The notes under the pieces were generated by a model. That model was given only the letters and a program-made list of their open reading frames with translations, did not search any database and had not been told where the DNA came from. Both the position numbers and the translations under genes were made by a program. From NCBI GenBank assembly GCA_043821285.1, contig JBDRCZ010000051.1, forward strand, positions 2,199-66,198: 64,000 nt of DNA, in the 5' to 3' direction. This stretch comes from Candidatus Omnitrophota bacterium (lineage in GTDB: Bacteria > Omnitrophota > Gorgyraeia > B26-G9 > JBDRCZ01). Below are positions 19,708-28,954 of the stretch, piece after piece (positions within the stretch are counted from its first letter, which is position 1; every line of letters begins with the position of its first letter).

Positions 19708-20388
19708 GTGGAAAATGTGGTGCTTAAGGCAGAAGAGAGGGAGATTACCGGAAAGTCGACAGTTAAAAAACTTCGGCAGAGGTCTAAGGTTCCGGCGGTT
19801 ATTTACAGAAAAGGCAAAACTGGCGCGAATGTTTTTGTGGACAAAAAAGATGTTTTAAAGGTTTTGCATACTAAAGCGGGTGAAAATGTCCTGATTAATC
19901 TAGAAATTATGGATGCAGATAAGGATAAGAATAAAACAGTTATTATTAAAGAAATTCAGCATGATCCGATAACTAGAGAGATGTTGCATATTGATTTTTA
20001 TCAGATAAGTCTGACGGAACGTATAAAAATAAATGTTCCTTTGATGGTAAAAGGAGATGCCCCGGGAATTAAAGAAGGCGGTATTTTGGAACATGTAATA
20101 CGGGAAGTGGAGATTGAGTGCTTGCCGACAAAGATTCCGGAAAGTATTGATATTGATGTTTCAAATATGAATATTGGTGATGTTATGCATTTAAAGGACA
20201 TAGCTTTGCCAGTAGATCTGCATGTGCTTACAAACTTAGAACAGGTAGTTGTTTTAATTAAGGCGCCGGTTGAAGAAAAGGCAGCAGAAGAAGCGGTGAT
20301 CACAGAAGCAGCACCAGCAGAGCCGGAAGTAATAAAACAAAAGAAGCCAGAAGCAGCGGCTGAAGGTGAAACCAAAGAAGAAAAATAG
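19708..20388 (+). CDS. rplY: 50S ribosomal protein bL25 / CTC
   Basis: VPAVIY, IQHDP...HIDF, GG.LE, IP..I.ID. GTG start after GGAGG. Confidence 0.95.
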   Translation: MENVVLKAEEREITGKSTVKKLRQRSKVPAVIYRKGKTGANVFVDKKDVLKVLHTKAGENVLINLEIMDADKDKNKTVIIKEIQHDPITREMLHIDFYQISLTERIKINVPLMVKGDAPGIKEGGILEHVIREVEIECLPTKIPESIDIDVSNMNIGDVMHLKDIALPVDLHVLTNLEQVVVLIKAPVEEKAAEEAVITEAAPAEPEVIKQKKPEAAAEGETKEEK

Positions 20389-20421
20389 CAAATTAGTGTC
20401 GCAGACAATAATTTGATTTAT

Positions 20422-20976
20422 ATGAAAATATTGATTGGGCTGGGGAATCCGGGGATTGCTTATAAAGATACCCGGCATAACATTGGCTTTAGAATTATTG
20501 ATAATTTTGCCCAGAGACATAAGTTTTTGTTGAAAAAAAGAAAGTTTAGAAGTATTATTTTAGAAGGGAATAGCTGTAATCAGAAAGTACTACTGGTTAA
20601 AGCCCAGACATTTATGAATTTGAGCGGGGAGGCAGTGCGAGCAGTAGTATCATTTTATAAAATTGTTCTTGAAGAGATGCTCGTAATATGCGATGATAGC
20701 GCCTTGCCGCTGGGGAAAATACGTTTGCGTAAAAAAGGCAGTGCCGGGGGACACAAGGGAATCATTTCGATAATTGAAAATATTCATAGCAATAACTTCC
20801 CGCGCCTTAGAGTAGGTATTGGCCGGCCCCGGGACCGGAACATGACAAATTATGTACTGCAGCCTTTTGAAAAGGAAGAAAAAAAAACGGTTGAGACGGC
20901 AATTAACCTGGCAACTGATGCGATAGAGTTGTGGATTGAATTAGGCATAACTGAGGTAATGAATACATATAACTAA
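20422..20976 (+). CDS. pth: Peptidyl-tRNA hydrolase
   Basis: GLGNPG..Y..TRHNIGF, TFMNLSG, GSAGGHKG, RLRVGIG. Confidence 0.97.
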   Translation: MKILIGLGNPGIAYKDTRHNIGFRIIDNFAQRHKFLLKKRKFRSIILEGNSCNQKVLLVKAQTFMNLSGEAVRAVVSFYKIVLEEMLVICDDSALPLGKIRLRKKGSAGGHKGIISIIENIHSNNFPRLRVGIGRPRDRNMTNYVLQPFEKEEKKTVETAINLATDAIELWIELGITEVMNTYN

Positions 20977-21057
20977 AAACGATAAAATCCTAAGCACGAA
21001 TATCGAAATCCGAGTGTAGGTAATTCTTGACCGACCGGTATGGGGGGGTAAAAAGTA

Positions 21058-21348
21058 ATGAAAAGTTATGAAGCAATGTTTATAATTTCTACGCAACTGG
21101 ATAAAGACGCATTAAGTAATGCAATTACGCAAATCAATGAGCTAATCACAAAAAACAGCGGGATTATAGAAAATACGCAAAACTGGGGAAGACGGTCGCT
21201 TTCGTTTAAAATAAAGAAAAGGCATGAGGGGGTATATTATTTAGTAAATTTCAAAATTTCACCGGATGAAATTTCTAAGCTCAATGCGCAATATCGATTG
21301 AAAGAATTCATTTTACGCCATACGATTTTTGCGGCACAAAAATCATAA
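21058..21348 (+). CDS. rpsF: 30S ribosomal protein S6
   Basis: YEAMFII, WGRRSL.F.I...EG.Y. Gene order S6-ssb-S18. Confidence 0.95.
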   Translation: MKSYEAMFIISTQLDKDALSNAITQINELITKNSGIIENTQNWGRRSLSFKIKKRHEGVYYLVNFKISPDEISKLNAQYRLKEFILRHTIFAAQKS

Positions 21349-21405
21349 GTCATATAATCTACAGCCGTTTTAATCAGGCTAAAAAACAGAAAGGAGAGAA
21401 ATAAA

Positions 21406-21834
21406 TTGGCAAGTCTTAATAAGGTGTTTTTGATTGGTAACCTGACCCGTGATCCGGAACTGCGTTATGTTCCGAGTGGTACCGCGGTCACAACGTTTTC
21501 TATAGCCGTAAACCGTGTATTTACACAACAGAACGGAGAACGTAAAGAAGATGTGTGTTTTATCCGGATCGTTGCATGGGGAAAGCTGGCGCAAAGCTGT
21601 GGTGAATATTTAAATAAAGGAAGTTCTGTTTTTATTGAAGGACGGCTGCAAAACCGCAGCTGGGAAGCAGGAGACGGTACGAAACGTTCAACAATGGAAG
21701 TTATTGCCCAGCGGGTACAATTTCTCGATCGGGTAAAACAAACCTCCACGGGAAGCAATGCGGAGATGGCCATGGATGAAGACACAGAACCAATGGAACC
21801 AGTATCTGCTCCTGATGAGACTGTGCCATTTTAA
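21406..21834 (+). CDS. ssb: Single-stranded DNA-binding protein
   Basis: LNKVFLIGNLTRDPELRY, EGRLQ, acidic tail ending VPF. TTG start after AAGGAG. Confidence 0.97.
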   Translation: MASLNKVFLIGNLTRDPELRYVPSGTAVTTFSIAVNRVFTQQNGERKEDVCFIRIVAWGKLAQSCGEYLNKGSSVFIEGRLQNRSWEAGDGTKRSTMEVIAQRVQFLDRVKQTSTGSNAEMAMDEDTEPMEPVSAPDETVPF

Positions 21835-22231
21835 ACTTGATTATTCCCTATAGCTTGATAGAGGGTGATCTTTTGGATGGAAAGTTTGAAAACCTACGGT
21901 TTTCAAATGGATAAAAAATTTCCGGTGCTGCATTGCCTCATCAGCTTGGCAAAATACCCTGTAGTCTTGCTACAGGGATGGTCAAGCTGAAGGAAATTTT
22001 TTATTTATTATTTTTACTGCGCAAAAATAAGCATTTATAAGCAAAGCGGATAAAAAAAGACGAAGCGCAAATATTAAATACCCCGCCAAAATACCGAAGA
22101 TCCGCCGAAGTATTAGTGGTGGACATGGCGGGTCATTTTAAGGAACTAAGCTGAATATCCCCCCAGTTTTCTAACGAAAACAAGACGGAGGGATAAATTC
22201 GCCCGCCCAAAAGCATGGCGGGCTCATTTAA
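21835..22231 (+). repeat. Tandem family A hairpin modules between ssb and rpsR
   Basis: AAACTT...AAGTTT; perfect TTTGAAAACC-TAC-GGTTTTCAAA (21885-21907); ATAAAAAATTTCC...GGAAATTTTTTAT; and at 22074-22231 two AAAT(A/T)C-stem-TCATTT units. Confidence 0.8.
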
Positions 22232-22246
22232 GAGAGGGTTGGTTAA

Positions 22247-22498
22247 ATGGCGAGAGTCGTGAAGAAAAATAAAAAGCTGGATATGATCCGAAGAAGACCA
22301 AGAAGTTGCAGATTGTGTATAGAGAAAATAAATGCGATGGATTATAAAGATCATACCAGGCTGCGGAAGTTTATCAACGAACGCGGAAAGATTATCCCGA
22401 GCCGTATATTTGCAACCTGTGCAAAACACCAAAGAATGTTAGCCCGAGCGATTAAACGTGCAAGATTTATGGCGCTGTTGCCTTATACTAACGAATAA
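22247..22498 (+). CDS. rpsR: 30S ribosomal protein S18 (Cys-containing, zinc-binding type)
   Basis: CRLC...DYKD...GKIIP.R...CAKHQR..AIKRAR.MALLPY. Confidence 0.97.
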   Translation: MARVVKKNKKLDMIRRRPRSCRLCIEKINAMDYKDHTRLRKFINERGKIIPSRIFATCAKHQRMLARAIKRARFMALLPYTNE

Positions 22499-22596
22499 AA
22501 TTTTATTCGTTTGCCTGCGGCTGTGCAGAGAGTAGAAGCGGCAGTGATAATTGATGCAAAAGAGATTTTTAAATTCCCATAACCTGCCTTTTTTTC

Positions 22597-22664
22597 TTTT
22601 GGCATACCTTTTCTTTTCTAAAGAAAAGGTAGTGGATAGATTAGTGCCTTCGGCACTAATCTAT
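22597..22664 (+). repeat. CCTTTTC/GAAAAGG hairpin plus perfect ATAGATTAGTGCC-TTC-GGCACTAATCTAT hairpin
   Basis: Homologous to 17152-17314 and 30252-30319. Confidence 0.7.
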
Positions 22665-22680
22665 GAGGTGATGATTTATT

Positions 22681-23130
22681 ATGATAAAGATAATCTTAAG
22701 AGAAGATATTAAGAGCTTAGGCAAACGTGGTGAAATTTTCAATGTCCGGGACGGCTATGTGCGTAATTTTCTTATTCCCAGAGGATTGGCTTATGAGGCG
22801 ACCGATGCGAATGTGCGTTCTTTTGAACAGCACAAGAGGCTGGAAGAAGTCCGTCTGACGAGCGAGAAGAAAAATGCCGAACGTCTTGCCAATAAACTGA
22901 TGAACGTTTCTTGTACCGTGATAATGAACGCGACCAGTGATGATAAACTATTCGGTGCGGTTACCGCAAAAGATATTGCCGCTGCTCTCGAGCAACAGGG
23001 CAATATCCTTATTGACAGAAAATTAATCTGCCTGGACTCTCCAATCAAAGAACTTGGTGTGTTTCATGTTCCGGTAAAATTACATCCGGAGTTTACGCAA
23101 ACCATAAAAGTTTGGGTTGTGAAAAAATGA
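22681..23130 (+). CDS. rplI: 50S ribosomal protein L9
   Basis: LG..G....V.DGY.RNFLIP.GLA, KLFGAVT, PIKELG. Confidence 0.97.
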   Translation: MIKIILREDIKSLGKRGEIFNVRDGYVRNFLIPRGLAYEATDANVRSFEQHKRLEEVRLTSEKKNAERLANKLMNVSCTVIMNATSDDKLFGAVTAKDIAAALEQQGNILIDRKLICLDSPIKELGVFHVPVKLHPEFTQTIKVWVVKK

Positions 23131-24488
23131 ACGGTAATTTTTCCACGGTGCAGAATGCAGTTTTAGATAAAGTCCCGCCGCAGAATGTTGAGGCAGAGGC
23201 AGCGGTTTTAGGCTCGATGCTTTTGGAAGAGAGCGCAATTGGCATAGCTATTGAACTGCTTAGCGAAGGTTCTTTCTATAATGATGCCCACCGAAAAATA
23301 TTTGCAACAATCAGTAAAATGTATAATGCCAACCAGGCCGTTGATATTGTAACGTTATCAGAATGCTTGCGGCAGGGAAGTATTTTAGAAAACGTGGGCG
23401 GGGCGATGTATCTCACCCATCTGGTTAATTCCATTCCTACAGCAGCAAATGCAGCCCACCATGCAAAAATTATAAAAGAAAAAGCGATCTTGCGTAATTT
23501 AATTTCCGCGGCGACCCAGATTGTTTCTGAGAGTTTTGAAAGTCATGCCGATGCCGCAAGCATGCTTGATAAAGCTGAGCGGTTGATTTTTGATATTGCC
23601 TCCTCCAAAATAAAAGGCGGATTTGTCAATATCAAGGAAATAATTAAAAATAGTATCGAAGCAATAGAAAGTCTTTACCAGAAAAAAACGTATGTTACTG
23701 GTGTGCCTACTGGATTTTATGATTTAGATGTTATGACCGCCGGGCTTCAACCTTCGGATTTTATCGTTGTTGCCGGAAGACCATCAATGGGCAAAAGTGC
23801 ATTAGTTGCGAATATCATTGAGCATGTTGCCGTAGTCGAACATATGCCGGTTGCCGTTTTTAGTATCGAGATGTCCAGAGAACAATTAGTTCAGAGAATA
23901 CTTTGTTCTCATGCCCGGGTAAATATGCAGAATGTAAGAACCGGATATCTTGCCGAAAGGGAATGGGGTAATCTGGTCAATTCCGCCAGTAAATTATCAA
24001 TGGCGCCAATATTTATCGATGATACTCCGGCGATCAACGTCTTAGAATTAAAGGCAAAGGCAAGAAGATTAAAATCACAGCATGATATAAAACTTGTGGT
24101 ATTGGATTATATGCAATTAATGCAGGCCGCGGTATTTGTCCAGAGTCGTCAACAGGAGATTGCCGACATTTCCCGTTCCCTGAAATCTTTGGCAAAAGAA
24201 CTGAATGTCCCGATGGTTGCGGTAAGCCAGTTATCACGCGCTCCGGAACGCCGCGAAAACTTTCGCCCCCGATTGTCAGATTTGCGGGAATCAGGAGCAA
24301 TTGAACAGGATGCAGATGTAGTAATGCTTTTGTTTAGAGAGGAATATTATAACCCCACGCCGGAAAATAAGGGAATTGCCGAGGTGATAATTGCCAAACA
24401 AAGAAATGGTCCGGTGGGAACAAAAAACATGTCTTTTTTAAAAGAATTTAGCCGTTTCGAAAGCATATCTACTAGGGAGAAAACTTAA
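23127..24488 (+). CDS. dnaB: Replicative DNA helicase
   Basis: PPQNVEAE.AVLG, AGRPSMGKS, DYMQLM, SQLSR, SDLRESGAIEQDAD, KQRNGP. Confidence 0.98.
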   Translation: MNGNFSTVQNAVLDKVPPQNVEAEAAVLGSMLLEESAIGIAIELLSEGSFYNDAHRKIFATISKMYNANQAVDIVTLSECLRQGSILENVGGAMYLTHLVNSIPTAANAAHHAKIIKEKAILRNLISAATQIVSESFESHADAASMLDKAERLIFDIASSKIKGGFVNIKEIIKNSIEAIESLYQKKTYVTGVPTGFYDLDVMTAGLQPSDFIVVAGRPSMGKSALVANIIEHVAVVEHMPVAVFSIEMSREQLVQRILCSHARVNMQNVRTGYLAEREWGNLVNSASKLSMAPIFIDDTPAINVLELKAKARRLKSQHDIKLVVLDYMQLMQAAVFVQSRQQEIADISRSLKSLAKELNVPMVAVSQLSRAPERRENFRPRLSDLRESGAIEQDADVVMLLFREEYYNPTPENKGIAEVIIAKQRNGPVGTKNMSFLKEFSRFESISTREKT

Positions 24489-24489
24489 T

Positions 24490-26781
24490 ATGCTGACCAG
24501 TATGGGAGGTAAAAAATTTTTCATTTGTCTTGCGATGTTGATTATTGTTTCATTTTGTACCTGCGGGCTTGCAGATGAGCCGGGGGGGGCAAAAAAAATT
24601 ACCGCGGTTCTGGTAGTGAATAATCAGGCAGTTAGTACACAGGCAATATTATCTAAAGTGCGTATCCGTACCGGACAAGAGTTTTTACCCGCGGCTTTAA
24701 GCGAGGATATAAAAAAATTATATGCTACTGGTTATTTTTCTGAAGTAAGCGTAGATATCGAAGATTATGAACAGGGGGTTAAAATTACGTTTATCGTTAA
24801 GGAAAAACCAGTGCTTGATGAGATAGTATTTTCAGGAAATAAAAAATTCCATCGACGCCGATTGAACGAAAAGATACAATGCCGGATTGGAACTTTTGTT
24901 AATCAGCAGCAATTAAAGGCTGATCAGAAAAGACTTTCTGATTTTTATAATAATCAGGGATACCCGCACAATTCTGTGCATTATCAGGTTGAGGTTAATC
25001 AGGATACGAACCGTGCGGTCGCTACATTTGTGATTGATGAGGGCACGCATGTTAAGATAAAAAGGATGGAGTTAAGCGGTAATTTGGCATTTAAGACTGG
25101 CAGGATTTTGAAGATAATTAAAACCAAAAAGGCCTGGCTTTTTGGCCGGGGGTATTTTCAGGAAGACACATTTCAGGAAGATATGGAGCGGATAAGATCG
25201 TTTTACCGCGAAAATGGTTTTTTGGATGTTGCCGCTGATTATAGCATTGAATACCAGAAAAAAGACCGGTTAATGATCATTAAAATTAAAATTGCAGAAG
25301 GCAAAAAATATGTTACGCGCAAGATTAGTTTTTCTGGAAATAAAATTATTGCCGGTGACTTGCTTCTTGAACAATGTGCGCTTAAACCCGGGTCAGCATA
25401 TGGACAGGAATTATTAAGGGGAGATATTTCTCGCATTCAGGGGTATTATTTTGGCAAAGGATATATTTATGCACGGATTAAAGTAGATACGTATTTAGAC
25501 CCTGAAACCGGCAGTGTTGATATTAGTTATAATATCGAAGAGGGTGAAATAGCTCATGTAGATAAAATAGAAGTTAAAGGAAATACGCGTACCCGGGATA
25601 TTATAATAAGACGTGAACTGCGGCTGGTGCCGGGAGATAGATTTGACGGAGATAAACTGCAGCGCAGTAGAGAAAGAATTCAGAATCTTGGTTATTTTGA
25701 AGAGGTAAGTTTTGATACTGAGGCAACGGATGAAAAAAATAAAGAGAAATTGATTGTTAATGTAAAAGAGACGAAGACCGGAGAGTTTAGTTTTGGTGCG
25801 GGGTATAGCTCGTTAGACAAATTTGTTGGTTTTTTTGATATTTCCCAGAAAAATTTTGACATCACGAATTTTCCTAATTTTACCGGCGGCGGACAGCTTT
25901 TGCGTGCCCGGGCGGAATTTGGCACGACAAAGAAAGATTATGACCTTGACTTTACCGAACCCTGGCTTTTTAACCGTCCGATATCAGTGGGTTTTGCGGC
26001 TTATCAGCGTTCGCGGGAATGGGAACAATATGACCAGGAACGTAAAGGTTTTGACTTGCGTTTTGGCAAGGAGTTTGATGAGTATTTAAGAGGTGATATT
26101 GGCTACCGTAATCAAAATGTTAAAATTTATAATTTTGACGAAGGGGTGTCGGGGGAAATTCGAATGGAAGAAGGAAAGAATATGATTAGCGCGCTTTCCC
26201 TTTCGGTAACTTATGATAAGAGAGATAATGTATTTGAACCCACGCGCGGCTATTTGCGTAGTGCAACCTTTGAAGTTGCCGGCGGCATGTTTGGCGGAGA
26301 TAAGGATTTTCTGAAATATACTGCCTACCATAGCTGGTATTTTACGCAATTCGAAAAGATTGTGCTGGAGATTAAACTAAGAGGCGGATATATGACGACT
26401 TATGATGATAGTCCGACTATTCCGATATATGAACGATTTTATGCTGGAGGCGCAAGTACATTACGTGGATTTAAAGACCGCCGGGTTGGTCCGATAGATT
26501 CTGCCGGTGACCCGGTTGGGGGAAAAATGATGTTTATGGCCAATGTGGAATATCTTTTTCCATTAGTAAATAATATCAAATGGGCAATCTTTTATGATAC
26601 CGGGAACGTATGGGATTCTTTAGATCATGCCGAGTTTGGGGATTTACGTTCCAGTGTGGGAGCAGGAATACGTTTGAAAACGCCGGTTGGCCCGATAAAA
26701 TTTGATTATGGCTTTGTCCTTGACCATAAAGAAGGCGAGGCGAGGACTAGACCGCATTTCAGTATGGGTTATGCTTTTTAG
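24490..26781 (+). CDS. bamA: Outer membrane protein assembly factor BamA
   Basis: POTRA repeats, GN..TRD.IIRRE, FYAGG..TLRGF, C-terminal Phe. Confidence 0.95.
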   Translation: MLTSMGGKKFFICLAMLIIVSFCTCGLADEPGGAKKITAVLVVNNQAVSTQAILSKVRIRTGQEFLPAALSEDIKKLYATGYFSEVSVDIEDYEQGVKITFIVKEKPVLDEIVFSGNKKFHRRRLNEKIQCRIGTFVNQQQLKADQKRLSDFYNNQGYPHNSVHYQVEVNQDTNRAVATFVIDEGTHVKIKRMELSGNLAFKTGRILKIIKTKKAWLFGRGYFQEDTFQEDMERIRSFYRENGFLDVAADYSIEYQKKDRLMIIKIKIAEGKKYVTRKISFSGNKIIAGDLLLEQCALKPGSAYGQELLRGDISRIQGYYFGKGYIYARIKVDTYLDPETGSVDISYNIEEGEIAHVDKIEVKGNTRTRDIIIRRELRLVPGDRFDGDKLQRSRERIQNLGYFEEVSFDTEATDEKNKEKLIVNVKETKTGEFSFGAGYSSLDKFVGFFDISQKNFDITNFPNFTGGGQLLRARAEFGTTKKDYDLDFTEPWLFNRPISVGFAAYQRSREWEQYDQERKGFDLRFGKEFDEYLRGDIGYRNQNVKIYNFDEGVSGEIRMEEGKNMISALSLSVTYDKRDNVFEPTRGYLRSATFEVAGGMFGGDKDFLKYTAYHSWYFTQFEKIVLEIKLRGGYMTTYDDSPTIPIYERFYAGGASTLRGFKDRRVGPIDSAGDPVGGKMMFMANVEYLFPLVNNIKWAIFYDTGNVWDSLDHAEFGDLRSSVGAGIRLKTPVGPIKFDYGFVLDHKEGEARTRPHFSMGYAF

Positions 26782-26794
26782 TTAGCCGAACAAA

Positions 26795-26919
26795 GGTAGT
26801 GTCAAAAATAAAATGAAATAAACCACAGAGAGCACAGAGGGGGAGGGGTAAGATTACACGGTAAGTGTTTTATTCTCAAGTAGCTCTGTGTCCTCTGTGG
26901 TTAAGTATATGACAGAACC
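26795..26919 (+). mobile_element. 125-bp MITE with IS256-like ends and 8-bp target site duplication
   Basis: Ends GGTAGTGTCA / TGACAGAACC. CGAACAAA repeated at 26787-26794 and 26920-26927. Internal AACCACAGAG...CTCTGTGGTT hairpin. Confidence 0.7.
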
Positions 26920-26973
26920 CGAACAAAAAAAGGAGGATGTGATGTTAGTAGAAAACCGAAGTTAAACTTTGTC

Positions 26974-27002
26974 TTGACCGTAAGTAGTTGTTGTGCTATA
27001 AT
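26974..27002 (+). promoter_or_regulatory. Sigma70-type promoter for skp-lpxD
   Basis: TTGACC-17 nt-TATAAT with extended -10 TG. Confidence 0.65.
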
Positions 27003-27008
27003 TAAGTG

Positions 27009-27185
27009 AAATTCCCTTGCCAAAAAATTGAAAATCCGCCAGTGTTTTGTGGAGGACATGGCGGGGTCATTAAAGGAAGCTGCTTAATATCCGCCTAACA
27101 AACTGGCGGGTTAAATTCGCAGACGGACATAGTCCTACAATTTACGAAGTTTACACCCCGTAAATTGTCTGCTCATTTAAGGAGG
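27009..27185 (+). repeat. Family A element forming the predicted skp 5' UTR
   Basis: Two AAATTC-stem-TCATT(T)AA units. The last runs into the SD (TCATTTAAGGAGG). Confidence 0.8.
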
Positions 27186-27189
27186 TTAC

Positions 27190-27672
27190 GTGATGAAGAG
27201 ATTAGTAGTTTTTACCGTAGTGTGTGTGTTGGTATTGACAGGGTCGGCTTATGCCGCAGATAAATTTGTTTGTGTTGATATTGCTAAAATATTTGATGAG
27301 TATAACAAAACTAAAGACTTAGATGAACAATTACAGAACAAGAAAACAGACCGTGATAATTTAATCAATGAAATGAAAACACTTAACGAAGGTATGGATT
27401 TGTTAAGTGATAAGGCTAAACAGGAGCGCCAGCAGCAGATTGCCGATAAAGAAAAAGAGCTGCGTCAACTAAGTGAAGATTTATTACGTGAACGTGATGA
27501 ACTGGCGCGTAAAATATTAGAAGAAATACAGTCAGTTATTGAGGAACAGAGTAAAAAAAATGGATATGTATTTGTATTTAATGATCGTCTGCTACTTTAT
27601 AAAGATAAAAAACTTGATATCACAGATGATATTATTAAAATCTTAAATACCGGCTATAAAAAAGGTAAATAA
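27190..27672 (+). CDS. skp: Skp/OmpH periplasmic chaperone
   Basis: Signal peptide, VD..KIF, coiled coil, DIT..II. Lies between bamA and lpxD. Confidence 0.9.
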   Translation: MMKRLVVFTVVCVLVLTGSAYAADKFVCVDIAKIFDEYNKTKDLDEQLQNKKTDRDNLINEMKTLNEGMDLLSDKAKQERQQQIADKEKELRQLSEDLLRERDELARKILEEIQSVIEEQSKKNGYVFVFNDRLLLYKDKKLDITDDIIKILNTGYKKGK

Positions 27673-27835
27673 ATCTTCCCCGCAGCAAGAGACGGGGTAT
27701 TTTCATACACGGAAAATGCAAGCATTTTCCACGCATCCGCCAATGCGGATGCAAGCGAAATTGTCTTCGCTTCCGCCACAAGGCGTTGGCGGACAGGTCC
27801 GCCAACGCCTTGTGGCGGGTCTTCGACAATTTCGC
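27671..27835 (+). repeat. Family B palindromic element (longest copy), includes a 22-bp perfect inverted repeat at 27773-27818
   Basis: AAATCTTCCCCG...CGGGG-TATTTTCATACACGGAAAATGC..CATTTTCC, followed by nested hairpins. Confidence 0.75.
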
Positions 27836-27877
27836 AGAAAATAAAAACCGTTTACCTTCTGCTTGCTACAGGGAATA

Positions 27878-28954
27878 ATGAAGGTTATGAGAAAGACACT
27901 TAAAGAATTAGCAGAATTGGTGGATGGTGAAGTAGTTGGCGACGGGAAAACAGTAATTACCGGTATTTGCGGTATTAAAGAGGCGAAAGAAGGAGATATT
28001 ACTTTTATTGCCAACCATCGTTACCTGCCACTTATGGAAAGTACACGCGCTTCGGCAATTATTACCGGTAGAGAGATTGAATGTGCAGCAACACCGATAA
28101 TTCGAACGGACAATCCTTCTCTTAGTTTTGCAAAAATTGTCGGATTGCTTGCCCCTAATTCCATAATCTCTCCTGTGGGAATTCATCCGACAGTTGTTTT
28201 AGGAAGAAATGTTGTTTTAAGTAAAGATGTTGCCATACAGGCGTATGTGGTTATTGAAGATAATGTTACAATTGGGGAAGGGACAATAATATATGCCGGC
28301 GTCTACATTGGCGCGCATACAAGGATTGGGAAAAATACGATTATTTATCCCCATGTGAGCATAAGGGAACGGGTTGTTATTGGTGACCGGGTGATCATTC
28401 ATAATGGGACAGTTATCGGAAGTGACGGTTTTGGTTTTGCAACTGTTCGTGGAATTCACCATAAAATTCCGCAGATTGGCACAGTGGTTATTGAAGACGA
28501 CGTTGAAATTGGGGCAAATGTGACGATTGACCGTGCCCGATTTGAAAAAACTTTGATAAAAAAAGGAACAAAAATTGATAATCTCGTTCAGATTGCCCAT
28601 AATGTTGTTTTAGGAGAAAACACAATTATTGTTGCCCAGGCCGGGATATCGGGAAGTACCGTTATTGGTAAGAACGTTACCTTAGCCGGGCAAGCCGGTC
28701 TTGTCGGACATATAACCGTTGGTGATAATGCGGTGATTGCTGCTCAGTCGGGAGTAACAAAATCAGTGCCCGCGCACACTTGTGTATCCGGATATCCGGC
28801 AAAACCGCATGATCGGGCAAAGAAAATTAATGCACACCTGCAGCGGCTGCCGCAGTTGTATAAGCAAATTCAAAAATTGCAGAAAAAAATTGAGGAGTTG
28901 GAAAAAAATAATGGTAAATCAGCAGACAATAAAGGAGGAGGTCAGCCTACCTGA
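27878..28954 (+). CDS. lpxD: UDP-3-O-acyl-glucosamine N-acyltransferase
   Basis: [41 protein letters not shown]. Confidence 0.97.
   Translation: MKVMRKTLKELAELVDGEVVGDGKTVITGICGIKEAKEGDITFIANHRYLPLMESTRASAIITGREIECAATPIIRTDNPSLSFAKIVGLLAPNSIISPVGIHPTVVLGRNVVLSKDVAIQAYVVIEDNVTIGEGTIIYAGVYIGAHTRIGKNTIIYPHVSIRERVVIGDRVIIHNGTVIGSDGFGFATVRGIHHKIPQIGTVVIEDDVEIGANVTIDRARFEKTLIKKGTKIDNLVQIAHNVVLGENTIIVAQAGISGSTVIGKNVTLAGQAGLVGHITVGDNAVIAAQSGVTKSVPAHTCVSGYPAKPHDRAKKINAHLQRLPQLYKQIQKLQKKIEELEKNNGKSADNKGGGQPT

Noticed and set aside
21020-21057. S6:S18 ribosomal leader RNA upstream of rpsF
   Set aside because: A small stem could mask the G-rich SD, but the conserved CCR bulge is not evident.
2167-27185. 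Family A units read as a CRISPR array or integron attC array
   Set aside because: The units are dispersed, junctions are short and degenerate, and the variable parts are self-complementary. No cas or integrase gene is present, and I found no consistent GTTRRRY/RYYYAAC core.
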